From Lingula anatina (taxonomy: Eukaryota > Animalia > Brachiopoda): 64,000 bases of DNA. The stretch is from positions 9,668,587-9,732,586 of the forward strand of contig CM120648.1 in the NCBI GenBank assembly GCA_051362555.1. The letters are read 5' to 3'. The notes beneath the pieces are model-generated. The model worked only from the letters and a program-made list of their open reading frames with translations. It had not been told where the DNA came from and searched no databases. Shown here one piece after another: positions 54,346 through 63,691 of this stretch. Position 1 is the stretch's first letter, and each line of letters starts with the position of its first letter. A program made the translations under genes and the position numbers.

Positions 54346-55616
54346 ATATTAAAAAAGATATCATTTTCAGGCTATTTCTACTCCTTTTCGTCATTTCAAA
54401 TTCTTAGATCCTTTTCTGAGAGACGGAAATTACTGATTAAGAGATCTTGGCAGAATCGGGGTTTTCTCTACAAATGATTCTATCAGAAGTTAATCTTCTT
54501 TTGGCGACCCCTAAGACCTAATCAGCTTTAGACTGATCTTCTTGACAATTACCTACAAAATTGCCAAGGTGTTCTTAATGGCAATCAGAATTTCTCCCTA
54601 AATAATGCTGTATAGATTTTACAGATGGTTTGAATCCAGCTGCTTTTGGGCATCACATTTCTGATAACTAGTCATTTTTCACTGATATCCAGACTGAAGA
54701 AAAAGATTATCTAAAGCTTTATTGCAATTCTGCAGGAGGGTAGAGATCTTCTTGTCGACAAGAAAAGTCCTTTCTTAATTTTCAGTCGAGACTACTGGAT
54801 AACAGTTTCTTAATTACAAGCAGCTGAGTGATCTTACAAATTGCTCTACCCCTTGATATTTGATTTGGATCGCTTAATGACAGGCAAATTCTATTCCAAG
54901 TTGGAACTAGAGATATATCTTACAAATTGTCTCTCTCTTGATGGCAGTAGATTTCCATTTCAAATCCTATTACCAAGAAAGATAGCAACAATCTTGATTC
55001 ATCGCCATTCTGACAGCTACAATTTCTCACAAGACACAAGAGCTGATTTGTCCAAGGAATCTTTATAGTCAAATTGGTATTCTGGTTTGGAAATGAAATT
55101 AGACAGCATTGGGAGTATGAGAATCACGTAGCATGTGAACCAACTTTCCCTATTTATTGAAGGCGAGCAGTAATTGCGTTTGAAAGTTCTGGAATTTGTT
55201 TCCTCCTGAAAACACCAATAAACTGCCCCATATATCAAAAAGAGAAAGGTTGATTTCATTCATTTAATTTTCCTCTTTTGTCTCTTCTTTTATTTGTAAA
55301 TGATCCTTGTTTTGGTTTAAAAAATTTTTTTTTTCATGTTATTCTGTCTTCAGTTTTCCATAATTTAATTGTTAATGGTGTATTTTAGATGAAAACAAAA
55401 TATTTTAGTGTCAAATAACATAAAAGTCAAAGAGAGCTATTGATCCTTACAAAAATTTTGAGACTGATGGCCAACCAACAAGTGATAAGTCCATTTTTAA
55501 TTTGAGAGCAATTAATACCAAATGAATTACCATAGGACTGGTTGAACTCGGTCTTGCTGGAGACCAAAGTTTTGTTCTGTTTAGCAGTATTTTTATAAAT
55601 TTATATATGAGAATAC

Positions 55617-55667
<51 letters not shown>

Positions 55668-56064
55668 TCATTCTCTCTGTTTCAGAGCCTCCTGAGGCAC
55701 CCAGTAATTTGGAGATCCAGTTCAAGGATCAGACAACCCTCCGCGTGGCCTGGATGGCTCCTGATGGTGGCAACGCCGCACATATCACGTACCACGTGCA
55801 ATGTCTGAAGTGTAACAGTCAGCGCGGGCAGTGCGTGGAGTGTGACAGCACGGTGCGCTACGTACCAATACAGACAGGGATACAGCAAACAACGTAAGAT
55901 GGACATTTTATATTTTTCTCTATTCTTCTGTATCTTAAATTAATGGTTCAGCAGTGTATTTGCAAAACTTAAAAGAATTTTTTTTTTTAATTTTTTGGTA
56001 ATATTATTTAGACAAACTAATTTTCCTAAAGCATTTGACAAAGATTGACAAATAATGGTCATGT

Positions 56065-56107
<43 letters not shown>

Positions 56108-59100
56108 TTTTCATGTTTCATATATATCATTTATCCAGGGTCACCTTACACAGTTTGAATCCTAGCACCAACTACAAGATCAATGTCTACTCCATGAATG
56201 GCATTTCCATCCCAGTGACTGATTTCAACCATGCCACCATCATAGTGAAAACCATGGATGCAAGTAAGTGTGAATTCTTACAAGTAGCAGATGTTGTATA
56301 TGAATTTTGTGTTCATCTTAATTGGGCAGACTTTTAGAAAAAAAAAAGGAAGGGGGACAGTTTTTCATTTTCAAATACACAAACACGTGCTGTTGTCTGC
56401 ATTGTAATAAATTTTTATGCAACAAAGATACTGCCCTTGAGATTTTTTTTCTGTTGTCCGTGCTCTCTTTTTGTGAAGTGTTTGCCCAGCCAATCATCTT
56501 CCAGAGAGGGGAAGTACTTAACCAAGACAAGCCGTATCTCTATGCCTTTCGTGAGTCAGAGATATTTGGGTTCAAGATCAAAGAGACGTATAAGATACTT
56601 CAGGTTCACATTACAGAGAAATAAAAAATAAATCCAGAACAGGAATTGATACCAGGAAAAGCAAACATTAGCAGCATTCCCTGAGTAAATATGTTTGCTG
56701 GAGTTAATTTTTTTCAACAGCTCTCGGAATGTTGGGCTGGGTCCGTTTTATGGAAAGACATCCAGCAACAGGGGGTTCTTGTTTGCATTTTAAAAATGGT
56801 TTCTGTGTTTTCTTAGGGTTTGAGTAACCAGGATGGGAACTTTTTTGGCTCTGTGGAAATTCATGTTCTTATCAGTGGTTTATTTATATGATTGAAAATG
56901 AGTGAAAACATTCAGTGACTTTTGATTTTTAAAGGTTTGTAGGAACCAAGACAGAGTTCAAAGATTTGGAAATAATTATATTTTTCTTCTGTTATGTAAG
57001 AGCACTACCTAATTTTGTTAAGTTTAGGAGTTCACAAAAGGAATTTCTGACACAAAGGTATGATTGGGTGCAGTGCTTACTTCCTTGAGGGTGGTTAAGA
57101 TTACCATGAAAGATCTTGTGAAAAAGTTTTTTTATTACAAATTAGAAAATTGGAAAAATTATACTCTTATGGGCTAGGGAAGATTAGATAATGGGGAAGT
57201 TATTTAAGTACCTGGGGAGTCTGGTATGAAGAGTGCCCACAGCTTGGGGTGTCACGCAGTGCGCTCTGGTCAAAACAGTTGTTCTTGTCCATCTGTCCAT
57301 CATCAGCAGGGTCCAGCTGGTCAGATTCCTTCAGATGGGTCATTTTTGGGGTCTCTTTTCCAAAGGCATGGGTACTTGTAAGGAATTAAAAAGGTTTTGG
57401 GTGATTTTTACACATACTGCATCTGCTGAATTGGTTGTACTCATTTGATCAGTGAGCAGTATATTATTCTTTGTTTCTGAGATTACTTACAAAATATAAG
57501 CCAGAGTTTTTATTTCGGTTTAGAAAATCTGATAAGATCTTGGTTTTATTGCCAGGAATTCCCAGACAGGAGAAAAAGTCAATTAGTTTTCAAAATATAT
57601 CTCCCAGATGTAACAAAGGACTATTAGCACAGACAATTTCCTTTCCTAGAAACCAATCTCCGTGCTTTGTTTTTGACATCTCCAGATAACCATTCCATGT
57701 GATTTATCTCCGTGCTGTGTTTTTTGACAAATAACTCGATAACCATTCACAATGATTAATTTCCCAAACTTTAAATTTGACGTCTTTTGGGAGAATGCAT
57801 CCTCTGATAAATGCTACATTTACTTTAGAATCAAGATACCTATCTTTTCTGACTGACGCCTTTATTAAAAGGTTGTCTGTGCCCATTAAAGCTGCCCCTA
57901 ATTAACAGGTGCACTCTCAGTAGAAGCTACAGGTATTCACAACATGCCTAGCTCACCATTACTTAATGCCCACTTAATGTCTGTCAAATATATTCCTTGG
58001 ATGCTATAAAAGTAGGCAGTGTCCATGCTTACATTGTGAAAGTCAGTTTTATGACACAAGGCACTTGATGAATATACTATCTGTAAGGGACTATGTTCAT
58101 TTGATGACAGAAAAAGAAAAAGATAAATAGTAATTTAACCAACATTTTCCATGGATTTCAGGTACAAAACACTTATGTAATATATATATTAGAAAAAAAA
58201 AACTGATGATTTCTTTTCACAGTTGCTTCCAAAGTGGACAACGTCCGAGTGGTCAGTAAGAACCAGACGGCCATCTTGGTGGCCTGGGACCGCCCGGTGG
58301 AGCAGCATGAGCAGTACGAGGTGAAGTACTTCCCCACAGACAATCCTTTCAACGCCCTGAGTGTCACCACCACCTCCTTGAGGGTGATCATTGGTAGCCT
58401 GCAGGCCAGCACCCAGTACTCCTTCCAGGTAAGCAGGGTATGTGTGGTGTGGTGGATTGCGTTTGTTGAGATGGGAGAGATTGTGTTTGGAGAAGACCTA
58501 GATGCAATGGCGATTGAATGGGCTAGTAATATTGTTATGGTGGTGTACTGGACAAGATTTTGAGTGTGATAAAGTAGGTAGAATTTGTTTGGAGATAATG
58601 TTATTTAAAGGTGGAAAGGGATAGTGTTTTGCCTGAAAAAGTTGATGAAAAATAACAATGAACAGATGAAGTAAACTTTGTGAAGTTGTTCAGTTGGAGA
58701 AAATGCTTATGTCTTTTGTAAAAATGAGATAACAGAAATTAATTCGTTTAAATCAAGATTATTTAAAATGTTAGACCAGTTCCTTGTCAAAAAAAAAAAA
58801 TTGTTTGATTTTTGTAGTCACTGAAAATTTTCCTTAGCTATCTTTTGGTAATATAATTTTTTTTTTTTATGGCTGAACTATGTCAGGCGATATTGCATGA
58901 CTAGTAGCAATAAAGAGGGTATTGTATGGAGTGGTAGTTTTATCAGTGTCATATCACTTGTCTGTCACTTTTGTAGTAATTGTGGGGAACACCGATAGTA
59001 AATTACTGCAGTATATCTGATATAAGTGGATATGATAGAAGTGGTTTATTTCAGTAATATAGGCCACCAGACAAAAATTCTCTCCACAGGTTTATCTTGA

Positions 59101-62100
59101 CAAAACACCGAGTGTAATGAGCTTAACTGAATGACGTGCCTTCTCCTGGCATTAAGTAGAAAACAGAAAAGCTGGTGATTGCACTCAGCAAGAGTCCCTG
59201 CAGAGTTGGGTTGATCTATGTAGACCAGTGGTGCCTGTTGGAATGGGGTCTAAGAAAGAACAAAATGTACCCCCATTGTTGAATGCAATGCTATTTGTTT
59301 TACTTCCAGGTCCGTGGTAAAGTGTTCGAGGGCTGGGGCGAGTGGACCCTTCCAGTTTCTGTCTTCACCGAGGCCTTCATAACCAGAGGTAAATTTAAAA
59401 AAAATAAATAAACAGAAATGAATTTGCTCCTCTGTCACATACACTGTGGTTTTAAATGCAGTGAGAAATTGCAAACTAGGTTTTCAGGATTTTCAATTTG
59501 TACAACGTTTCACGCATGCATACACAGGCATGTGCATTCCATGACTATGTATGCAAGCATGGAGATAACTCGCACACAAACAGTCAGGGGCGGATTTAGG
59601 CCGTCTTCTGGGTCTTCCGGAAGACGGTCAGATTTTAAAGTTTACATTGACGGGTATCTAATATTTTCTGTCGGAAGACGGTCAAAAATGGAGGATGGAT
59701 TAACAAAAATAATTTGGAAAACTGTCAGAAAATATCTCTGGATCCGCCCCTGACAGTGATGTAAAGAATAACACAGTATAATTTAGAAATCACATGAAAT
59801 TAATTAAAAATTAACAAAAAAGGAATACAGTGGAACTTTTTCTTTAAAATAACATTTTGGCCTTTCAGAAGTTCCCACAACAACTGTTTCGCTGGCTAAG
59901 GATGACAAACAAACTTCACCTGGATTCGTAAACACAGATGGCATCATCGCTGGAGCTGCTGTTGCTGTCATTGTCAGTCTCATTATCGTAGCTGTCATGG
60001 TTGTCATTTACCTGAAGAGGTTAGTAACGTTGTACTTTAAATGTTATACTTTGTGTAAAATGTAAAGACATTGTATTGTTATTGTTTAAATTGTATTGAA
60101 AAGGTAAAGCCATTGCAGTCAACATTCTTCCGTTTCTAAAGAGAGTGACAGTTGTGCATTTTTATTGTTCAAATGATATCCAAAAGACGCTTGGTTTGCA
60201 GTCATCATTGTATTTGTAATATTACATCTTGCATTGGTATGTTTTAATGACACTGTATTATTATTGCCGTAATGGTGTCAGACCATAGGGGGATTGTAGT
60301 CAACAATATTTTGTTATTGTTACAGAAACAATCAGCCGTGCAACGAGAAGAACAAGAGCGACTGCGACCAGCTTCACTACAGTAATGGTGAGGGTAGGAT
60401 ACGTCTTTGCATGCTTTAGTATATAACAGTCTTATAGTTTGTCACAATGTCACAGTGTCACAGACACGGGTATAAAGGCAATGTAGGTTCAATCCAAGCT
60501 CTGAGAGTTGGTCCTTTTTCTTCATCACTGAAAATGACTACTCTTTTGAAACAAGTTTCTTGATGGACCTATTTTTTACGTGAAGAAAAGAAACTGAGCT
60601 CTTATAGCTTCGTGCGATGAACTACTACACTGCCTTTGTATGTAACAAGAACCAAAGACAAGTTTCCAAATATTGGTAATCTAAAAAATAGGAAACTGGC
60701 TTTGTTTCTTTTTTTTATTTGGTAAGTAGAACGGTTGGACTGCACACCCAAAACCACCTCTCCCTGTCCTCTGTTTAACCAGTTTTGATTTAGCAATTTA
60801 ATTCATAGAATTCTACTGTTTCCCATTTGCACCAATCTGACATCAGCTGCACTTTTTTCAACAGTGTTTAGACAGGTTTACAGCGAACTGGAAATGGGTC
60901 CGACTTGCGCTGTCACTCCAAATGTAATTCTGTCTTTGGATGGTAGCAGTTGGACATATTTCCAGTTGATGGTAGTCCTGTGTGAATGCGGTTTTAAGGA
61001 GTGTGCATGGCAAATTAACTTCTTTAGAATGATTGTGCATTCAACTGTTTTCAAAGTTTACTTAAAAATTAAATGAAGTGAAAATACCAAGCTAAATGTT
61101 GTCTGCCAAAGTGTATTTTCATGTACAGAAGTGCCAAAGTTAATTTATGATTACAGAATTTTTTTTCTTTTTTTTTATCATTAGGCCCCACTTTTTTAAT
61201 TTTATGGATGACATCCTGCGCGCGCACGGATTTTCGCCCGTTCTCCAAAAAAAAAAAAAAAAAAAGCCCCCCCAGCCCCCAACGAAGTCGGTTGTCGCAA
61301 ACGTTGTTATTGAATTTGCAAGGAAATGAGCTTTCTGCGCATGCGTATTTTCGCCACGTGGAAATGCGGCCACTTTGCTGTCAAATTCATCTCTAGGATT
61401 ACTTTCAAATTACACAACAATAAAAGTCATCAAGAGAACGGGCGCCATCGTTTTGGATTGGTATGCCATTGATATTGGGCATGGAGATATCACCTTTTTA
61501 CAATTGTGCGAAAGGCTGGCGGCGGCCGAAACATTTCTGTGACATTCTGTATAAAGCAGCACATTAATACCAGGTTTTCTGTAGCGAAAAAAGGGTCGAC
61601 AAGGGCGTCGAGGTATTTGGTGGGCTGAAGGTCGGACAGGCCACCTGACAGTTTAGCTGCTTCGTGTGAGTTGAAGTTGACAAAATGGCATCGTCTGAAA
61701 TGACCTTTAATAGATTTGGTAGTATTAAGCATATCTTTGCATCATTTTTAAACATTTCTGTGAAGTGTTCAAAATGTTTTAATATTCTGAGAATACAAAT
61801 AAAGACGCACTGTTTGATTGATATTTGTTTTATTGATTGCTATACCAAATCAATGCATGAAATAACCTTAAATAGATTTGGTAATATGAAGTATATCAAT
61901 TCATGACTTTTTTTTACATTTCTACGAAGTATTCACAATGCTTTAATATTTTGAGAGCATGGATAAAGACATATTGTTAGTTTGATACGTGTTTCTGTGG
62001 TTAAATTTGTGTTTCCAGCTGTGTACTGACAGCATTCCTTTACTTAAGCAGTTTTTTTTTTTTTTTTGGACTGTTTTTTTTTTTTCGCCCTCTCGCACCG

Positions 62101-63691
62101 ATTTTGGGGTACCCAGAGGATGTCATCCATAAAAATAAAAAAGTGTGGCCTTATTATTGTATTTTGGCTTATTGATTGAAGGTACTGAGGAACAACAATT
62201 GAGGTTGACACATTTAGCTGGTATTTTTCATTTTACTGTGGTCTTTTGTTATTAAATCTTTTCTAGTGAACAGAGTCTGTTTGTAGAATAAATTAGAAAT
62301 TGTCTCCATCTTATGCCCAGACCAAAAATATTAGAGAAATAAGGGAAAGATAATATGTATGCACGTAAAAATACTAACTGTAATATCTAACCAAGACGGT
62401 GATTAATCCGATTGTGGTAGGGTCGATAAAAATAACAAGATTTTCAATGTTTTTGTGAGTTGTGTCAAAAAATTGTCTATTAAGTCAAAATGTTCTGTGT
62501 ATACAGTTGTTGGCTATAACACAGCGAGGGGATAAGGTGTAATAATTCTACTCAAAAATTGGAAAATTAGGAAACAATTCTCAATCAAGTGAATTTACCT
62601 TGAGGCTTAAACTTTTTCTAAGAGAAGTGGCACAGGAAGTCTATTATCCAAAAGCAATTTTAAAATATAGCCAAGCAAACATAGTAATAATAGATTTATA
62701 GATCTAACTAACATCTTTTTGCATGTGAGGCTCTTTATTTTTCTCAAAAAACTAATTGTTTTGCGTGTTAGCACACTATCGTAGATTTTAACACATGGTA
62801 GATTAGGCAGTGTGCAGTCACACCCATGCACGCACCTGCACACTCTAATGGGCACGACTTTTGTACTTGTTGTCTTTGCATGCTGCATGTGTTGTGGTTC
62901 TTATTATTGCATGTTTGTACAGTAGAATATATTATAATTGTTATATTCTGTCATTGTGATCAGAATGCATGCGTTCAAAGGTTGCTTAATCCTAAATATT
63001 TATATGTGTAGATTGCTGCTTTGAAGATTTTAAAGATCAGATTGAGATGAAACTATGCTTTAAATGTTTAGCATGCTTGCAATAAAGAAATTGTCTCCTG
63101 TCGATTTTTACTGCATCTCTACAAACAATTTTATTATGAAGGTACTGGTTCTATAAGGACCTTATTAATAATAGATAGAGGTGTTACCATGTGGAGATAA
63201 CTTGTGAATGTTACAAGAACACAACATGAGTTTTAAAAAATTCTTTCAAGAAATTAATCTGGAAATTTTTAATATGAAGACATTTACGCTTATTACCTAT
63301 TTCTTCCCTATTGCTCCACTGTAGCTTTTATACATTGAGTTTATATTTTTGATGAGGTTACTATACAAAATTCATTTTCACTTAATTTTAAGTAGGTTTA
63401 GACTTTTCTTTTTTAGTCTACCTGCTTCTACTCCACAAATAATTCCCTTTTGTATTGAAAATTCATACATTTTTAGTGAAAAGTTAGGTCTGATTTTGGA
63501 AGCTGTTGGCCCCCTGTATTGCCTAGGTTCATTCATTGTTTCTCCACCTATGGTACATCTATGTCTATTATTTATTATCGTAAAAACCCTGTGAATTCCG
63601 GGTTTCTTATGTTGCGTTTCTTTTTTCTCTCCCACACTAACAGTTCAGTACCCGCCTCCTGTTATCGTTGACACGCACATGAATGGAAGTT
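8383..63691 (+). CDS. Eph: Eph receptor tyrosine kinase, spliced gene span (extracellular, TM and juxtamembrane part; kinase beyond window)
   Basis: Eleven exons join in frame with GT-AG introns: 8383-8491, 9383-9459, 46989-47673, 52328-52486, 55686-55893, 56139-56263, 58223-58428, 59310-59388, 59869-60019, 60326-60387 (or 60393), 63644-63691. Total 1909 nt. Domain order is signal-LBD-sushi-EGF-FN3-FN3-TM-JM. Confidence 0.93.
9383..9459 (+). CDS. Eph: Eph exon 2: start of ligand-binding domain (VVLLDTTIVDGALNYKTHRGGVSGYG)
   Basis: Acceptor TATTTCCAG|, donor GGG|GTGAGT. Carries the Eph N-terminal LLDT motif. 77 nt, phase 1 to 0, joining G|W of exon 3 (Eph GWxE motif). Confidence 0.9.
14168..14405. 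mobile_element. Degenerate MITE / foldback
   Basis: Inverted arms ATTTGATTCGATTTG (~14199-14213) and CAAATCGAATCAAAT (14361-14375), with weaker outward similarity. Confidence 0.5.
18370..18679. mobile_element. Degenerate MITE
   Basis: Left end CTG.TTC..AAAGGG.CTTT..CCTGAAAACTGGTCT is loosely inverted at the right end (AGACCAATTTTAGG..AAAGCCCTTTTGTGAAACCAG). Confidence 0.4.
21630..21840 (+). mobile_element. Probable truncated HINE/DINE-1-like 5' fragment
   Basis: Degenerate (GTCT)n microsatellite ~21669-21718, typical of DINE-1/HINE 5' ends. No matching 3' end seen. Confidence 0.35.
22622..22674. repeat. Compound (CA)n(GA)n microsatellite
   Basis: Directly visible. Confidence 0.95.
26659..27347. 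mobile_element. MITE (~690 bp), CpG-rich, with nested insertion
   Basis: TIRs CCCCATTCACACG (26660) and CGTGTGAATGGGG (27334-27346), flanked by TA on each side. Subterminal inverted AATCGCGATTCTA / TAGAATCGCGATT and multiple ATCGCGAT palindromes. Confidence 0.85.
26899..26985 (-). mobile_element. 3' tail of a LINE/SINE (CR1/L2-like) inserted in the MITE
   Basis: The minus strand reads ...AGTCGGCGAATAGCTG..TAGCTAG..CCCGACATGAAATAAAATTT(ATTGT)4: a stem-loop, AATAAA and a microsatellite tail. Confidence 0.5.
30596..30622. repeat. (CA)n microsatellite
   Basis: Directly visible. Confidence 0.9.
31607..31631. repeat. (CT)n microsatellite
   Basis: Directly visible. Confidence 0.9.
38962..38995. 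repeat. Poly-A tract (~34 nt)
   Basis: Directly visible. Confidence 0.9.
40265..40429. mobile_element. Short foldback MITE (~165 bp)
   Basis: CATTCAGAATAGGGGACTAACTAG and CTAGTTAGTCCCCTATTCTGAATG are perfect inverted ends. The match extends imperfectly to ~50 bp (CAAATATGGCC / GGCCATATTTG). Confidence 0.85.
46989..47673 (+). CDS. Eph: Eph exon 3: ligand-binding domain plus sushi/cysteine-rich region
   Basis: Acceptor CATTACAG|TGG. Motifs NWLR, RLYVEIEFTMRDC, CKET, DSIAAD, GVYFAFLDEGACTSL, YYITCP, EGVCV, CKSDGTW, GQCYCKAGY. Donor G|GTAAGT. 685 nt, phase 0 to 1. Confidence 0.98.
48445..48535. repeat. Degenerate ~23-bp minisatellite
   Basis: AAACTGAC recurs four times; GTGAAAAACTGACTAAAGACT occurs twice. 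Confidence 0.6.
48745..48970. repeat. (GA)n microsatellite and GA/GT-rich low-complexity tract
   Basis: Pure (GA)n at 48745-48798, followed by interrupted GA/GT runs. Confidence 0.9.
52328..52486 (+). CDS. Eph: Eph exon 4: EGF-like cysteine-rich region (ACPSGTYK...CHSCPANS...CDCNPGYYR...PCI)
   Basis: Acceptor TTTTCTTTGCAG|, donor G|GTACGT. 159 nt, phase 1 to 1, with the typical Eph CPxGxYK / CPxNS / CxCxxGYYR pattern. Not in the ORF track. Confidence 0.96.
53540..53592. repeat. (CT)n microsatellite
   Basis: Directly visible. Confidence 0.95.
53942..54198. mobile_element. Foldback MITE with ~100-bp diverged arms (copy 1)
   Basis: GATCGATCCAACT..TCGCTAAGTGCAATCAGCATAACTAAATGACA is inverted as TGTCATTCAGTTAAGCTGATTGCACTCAGCGA..AGTTGGATCGATC. 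Confidence 0.7.
55618..55666. repeat. (TTA)n microsatellite just upstream of the exon 5 acceptor
   Basis: Directly visible; produces the spurious poly-Tyr in ORF 55607..55897. Confidence 0.95.
55686..55893 (+). CDS. Eph: Eph exon 5: first FN3 domain, N-terminal part
   Basis: Acceptor CTCTGTTTCAG|. Encodes PPEAPSNL..LRVAWMAP.GG..ITYHVQCLKC..CVEC..VRYVP. Donor AC|GTAAGA. 208 nt, phase 1 to 2. Confidence 0.95.
56064..56110. repeat. (TTTA)n microsatellite upstream of the exon 6 acceptor
   Basis: Directly visible. Confidence 0.95.
56139..56263 (+). CDS. Eph: Eph exon 6: first FN3 domain, C-terminal part
   Basis: Acceptor TTATCCAG|. Encodes VTLHSLNPSTNYKINVYSMNGIS. Donor A|GTAAGT. 125 nt, phase 2 to 1. 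Confidence 0.95.
58223..58428 (+). CDS. Eph: Eph exon 7: second FN3 domain, main part
   Basis: Acceptor TTCTTTTCACAG|. Encodes ILVAWDRP..YEVKYF..LQASTQYSFQ. Donor CAG|GTAAGC. 206 nt, phase 1 to 0. Confidence 0.95.
59055..59252. mobile_element. Second, more decayed copy of the 53942-54198 MITE family
   Basis: Shares AGCTTAACTGAATGAC.TGCCT (left arm) and TGATTGCACTCAGC.AGAGTC..AGTTGG.T.GATCTA.TAGACC..GGGGTCTA (right arm). Confidence 0.65.
59310..59388 (+). CDS. Eph: Eph exon 8: end of second FN3 (VRGKVFEGWGEWTLPVSVFT)
   Basis: Acceptor TTTTACTTCCAG|, donor G|GTAAAT. Continues FQ|VR..GWG.W, the FN3 F/G strands. 79 nt, phase 0 to 1. Confidence 0.93.
59585..59752. mobile_element. 168-bp MITE with CAGGGGCGGAT TIRs and 5-bp TSD (hAT5-like?)
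   Basis: CAGGGGCGGAT (59585) and ATCCGCCCCTG (ending 59752), with ACAGT duplicated immediately on both sides. Confidence 0.85.
59869..60019 (+). CDS. Eph: Eph exon 9: stalk and transmembrane helix (GIIAGAAVAVIVSLIIVAVMVVIYLKR)
   Basis: Acceptor CCTTTCAG|, donor AG|GTTAGT. Hydrophobic ~24-aa stretch followed by KR. 151 nt, phase 1 to 2. Confidence 0.94.
60326..60387 (+). CDS. Eph: Eph exon 10: juxtamembrane (NNQPCNEKNKSDCDQLHYSN); alternative end at 60393
   Basis: Acceptor TTGTTACAG|. Open in the required phase 2. Two in-frame donors: G|GTGAGG (60387) and G|GTAGGA (60393). Confidence 0.85.
61184..62150. mobile_element. Non-autonomous DNA transposon (~970 bp), GG termini and TTA TSD (Zator- or PIF/Harbinger-like)
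   Basis: About 35-bp TIRs, GGCCCCACTTTTTTAATTTTTATGGATGACATCCT and AGGATGTCATCCATAAAAATAAAAAAGTGTGGCC. TTA flanks both ends. Internal ~160-bp diverged duplication at ~61700 and ~61862. Confidence 0.88.
62818..62862 (+). CDS. Eph: Candidate alternative 45-nt juxtamembrane mini-exon (VTPMHAPAHSNGHDF)
   Basis: TGTGCAG| ... T|GTACTT; phase 1-1 and open, with an HSNGH motif. Splice sites are weak, but four TGCATG follow within 110 nt. Confidence 0.45.
62877..62971 (+). promoter_or_regulatory. Cluster of TGCATG (Rbfox-type) intronic splicing elements
   Basis: TGCATG at 62877, 62884, 62908 and 62966; also at 62720, 60408, 61004 and 63737. Confidence 0.55.
63644..63691 (+). CDS. Eph: Eph 48-nt juxtamembrane mini-exon (VQYPPPVIVDTHMNGS)
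   Basis: Strong pyrimidine tract TTTCTTTTTTCTCTCCC, then ACTAACAG|. Consensus donor T|GTAAGT. Phase 1-1, open frame, with TGCATG 46 nt downstream. Confidence 0.75.

Noticed and set aside
59804-60007. Thr/Met-rich minus-strand ORF
   Set aside because: Antisense shadow of the Eph transmembrane exon.
63649-63691. Alternative acceptor TTCAG at 63648
   Set aside because: It shifts the frame and meets a TGA within the exon; the 63643 AG is the first after the pyrimidine tract.
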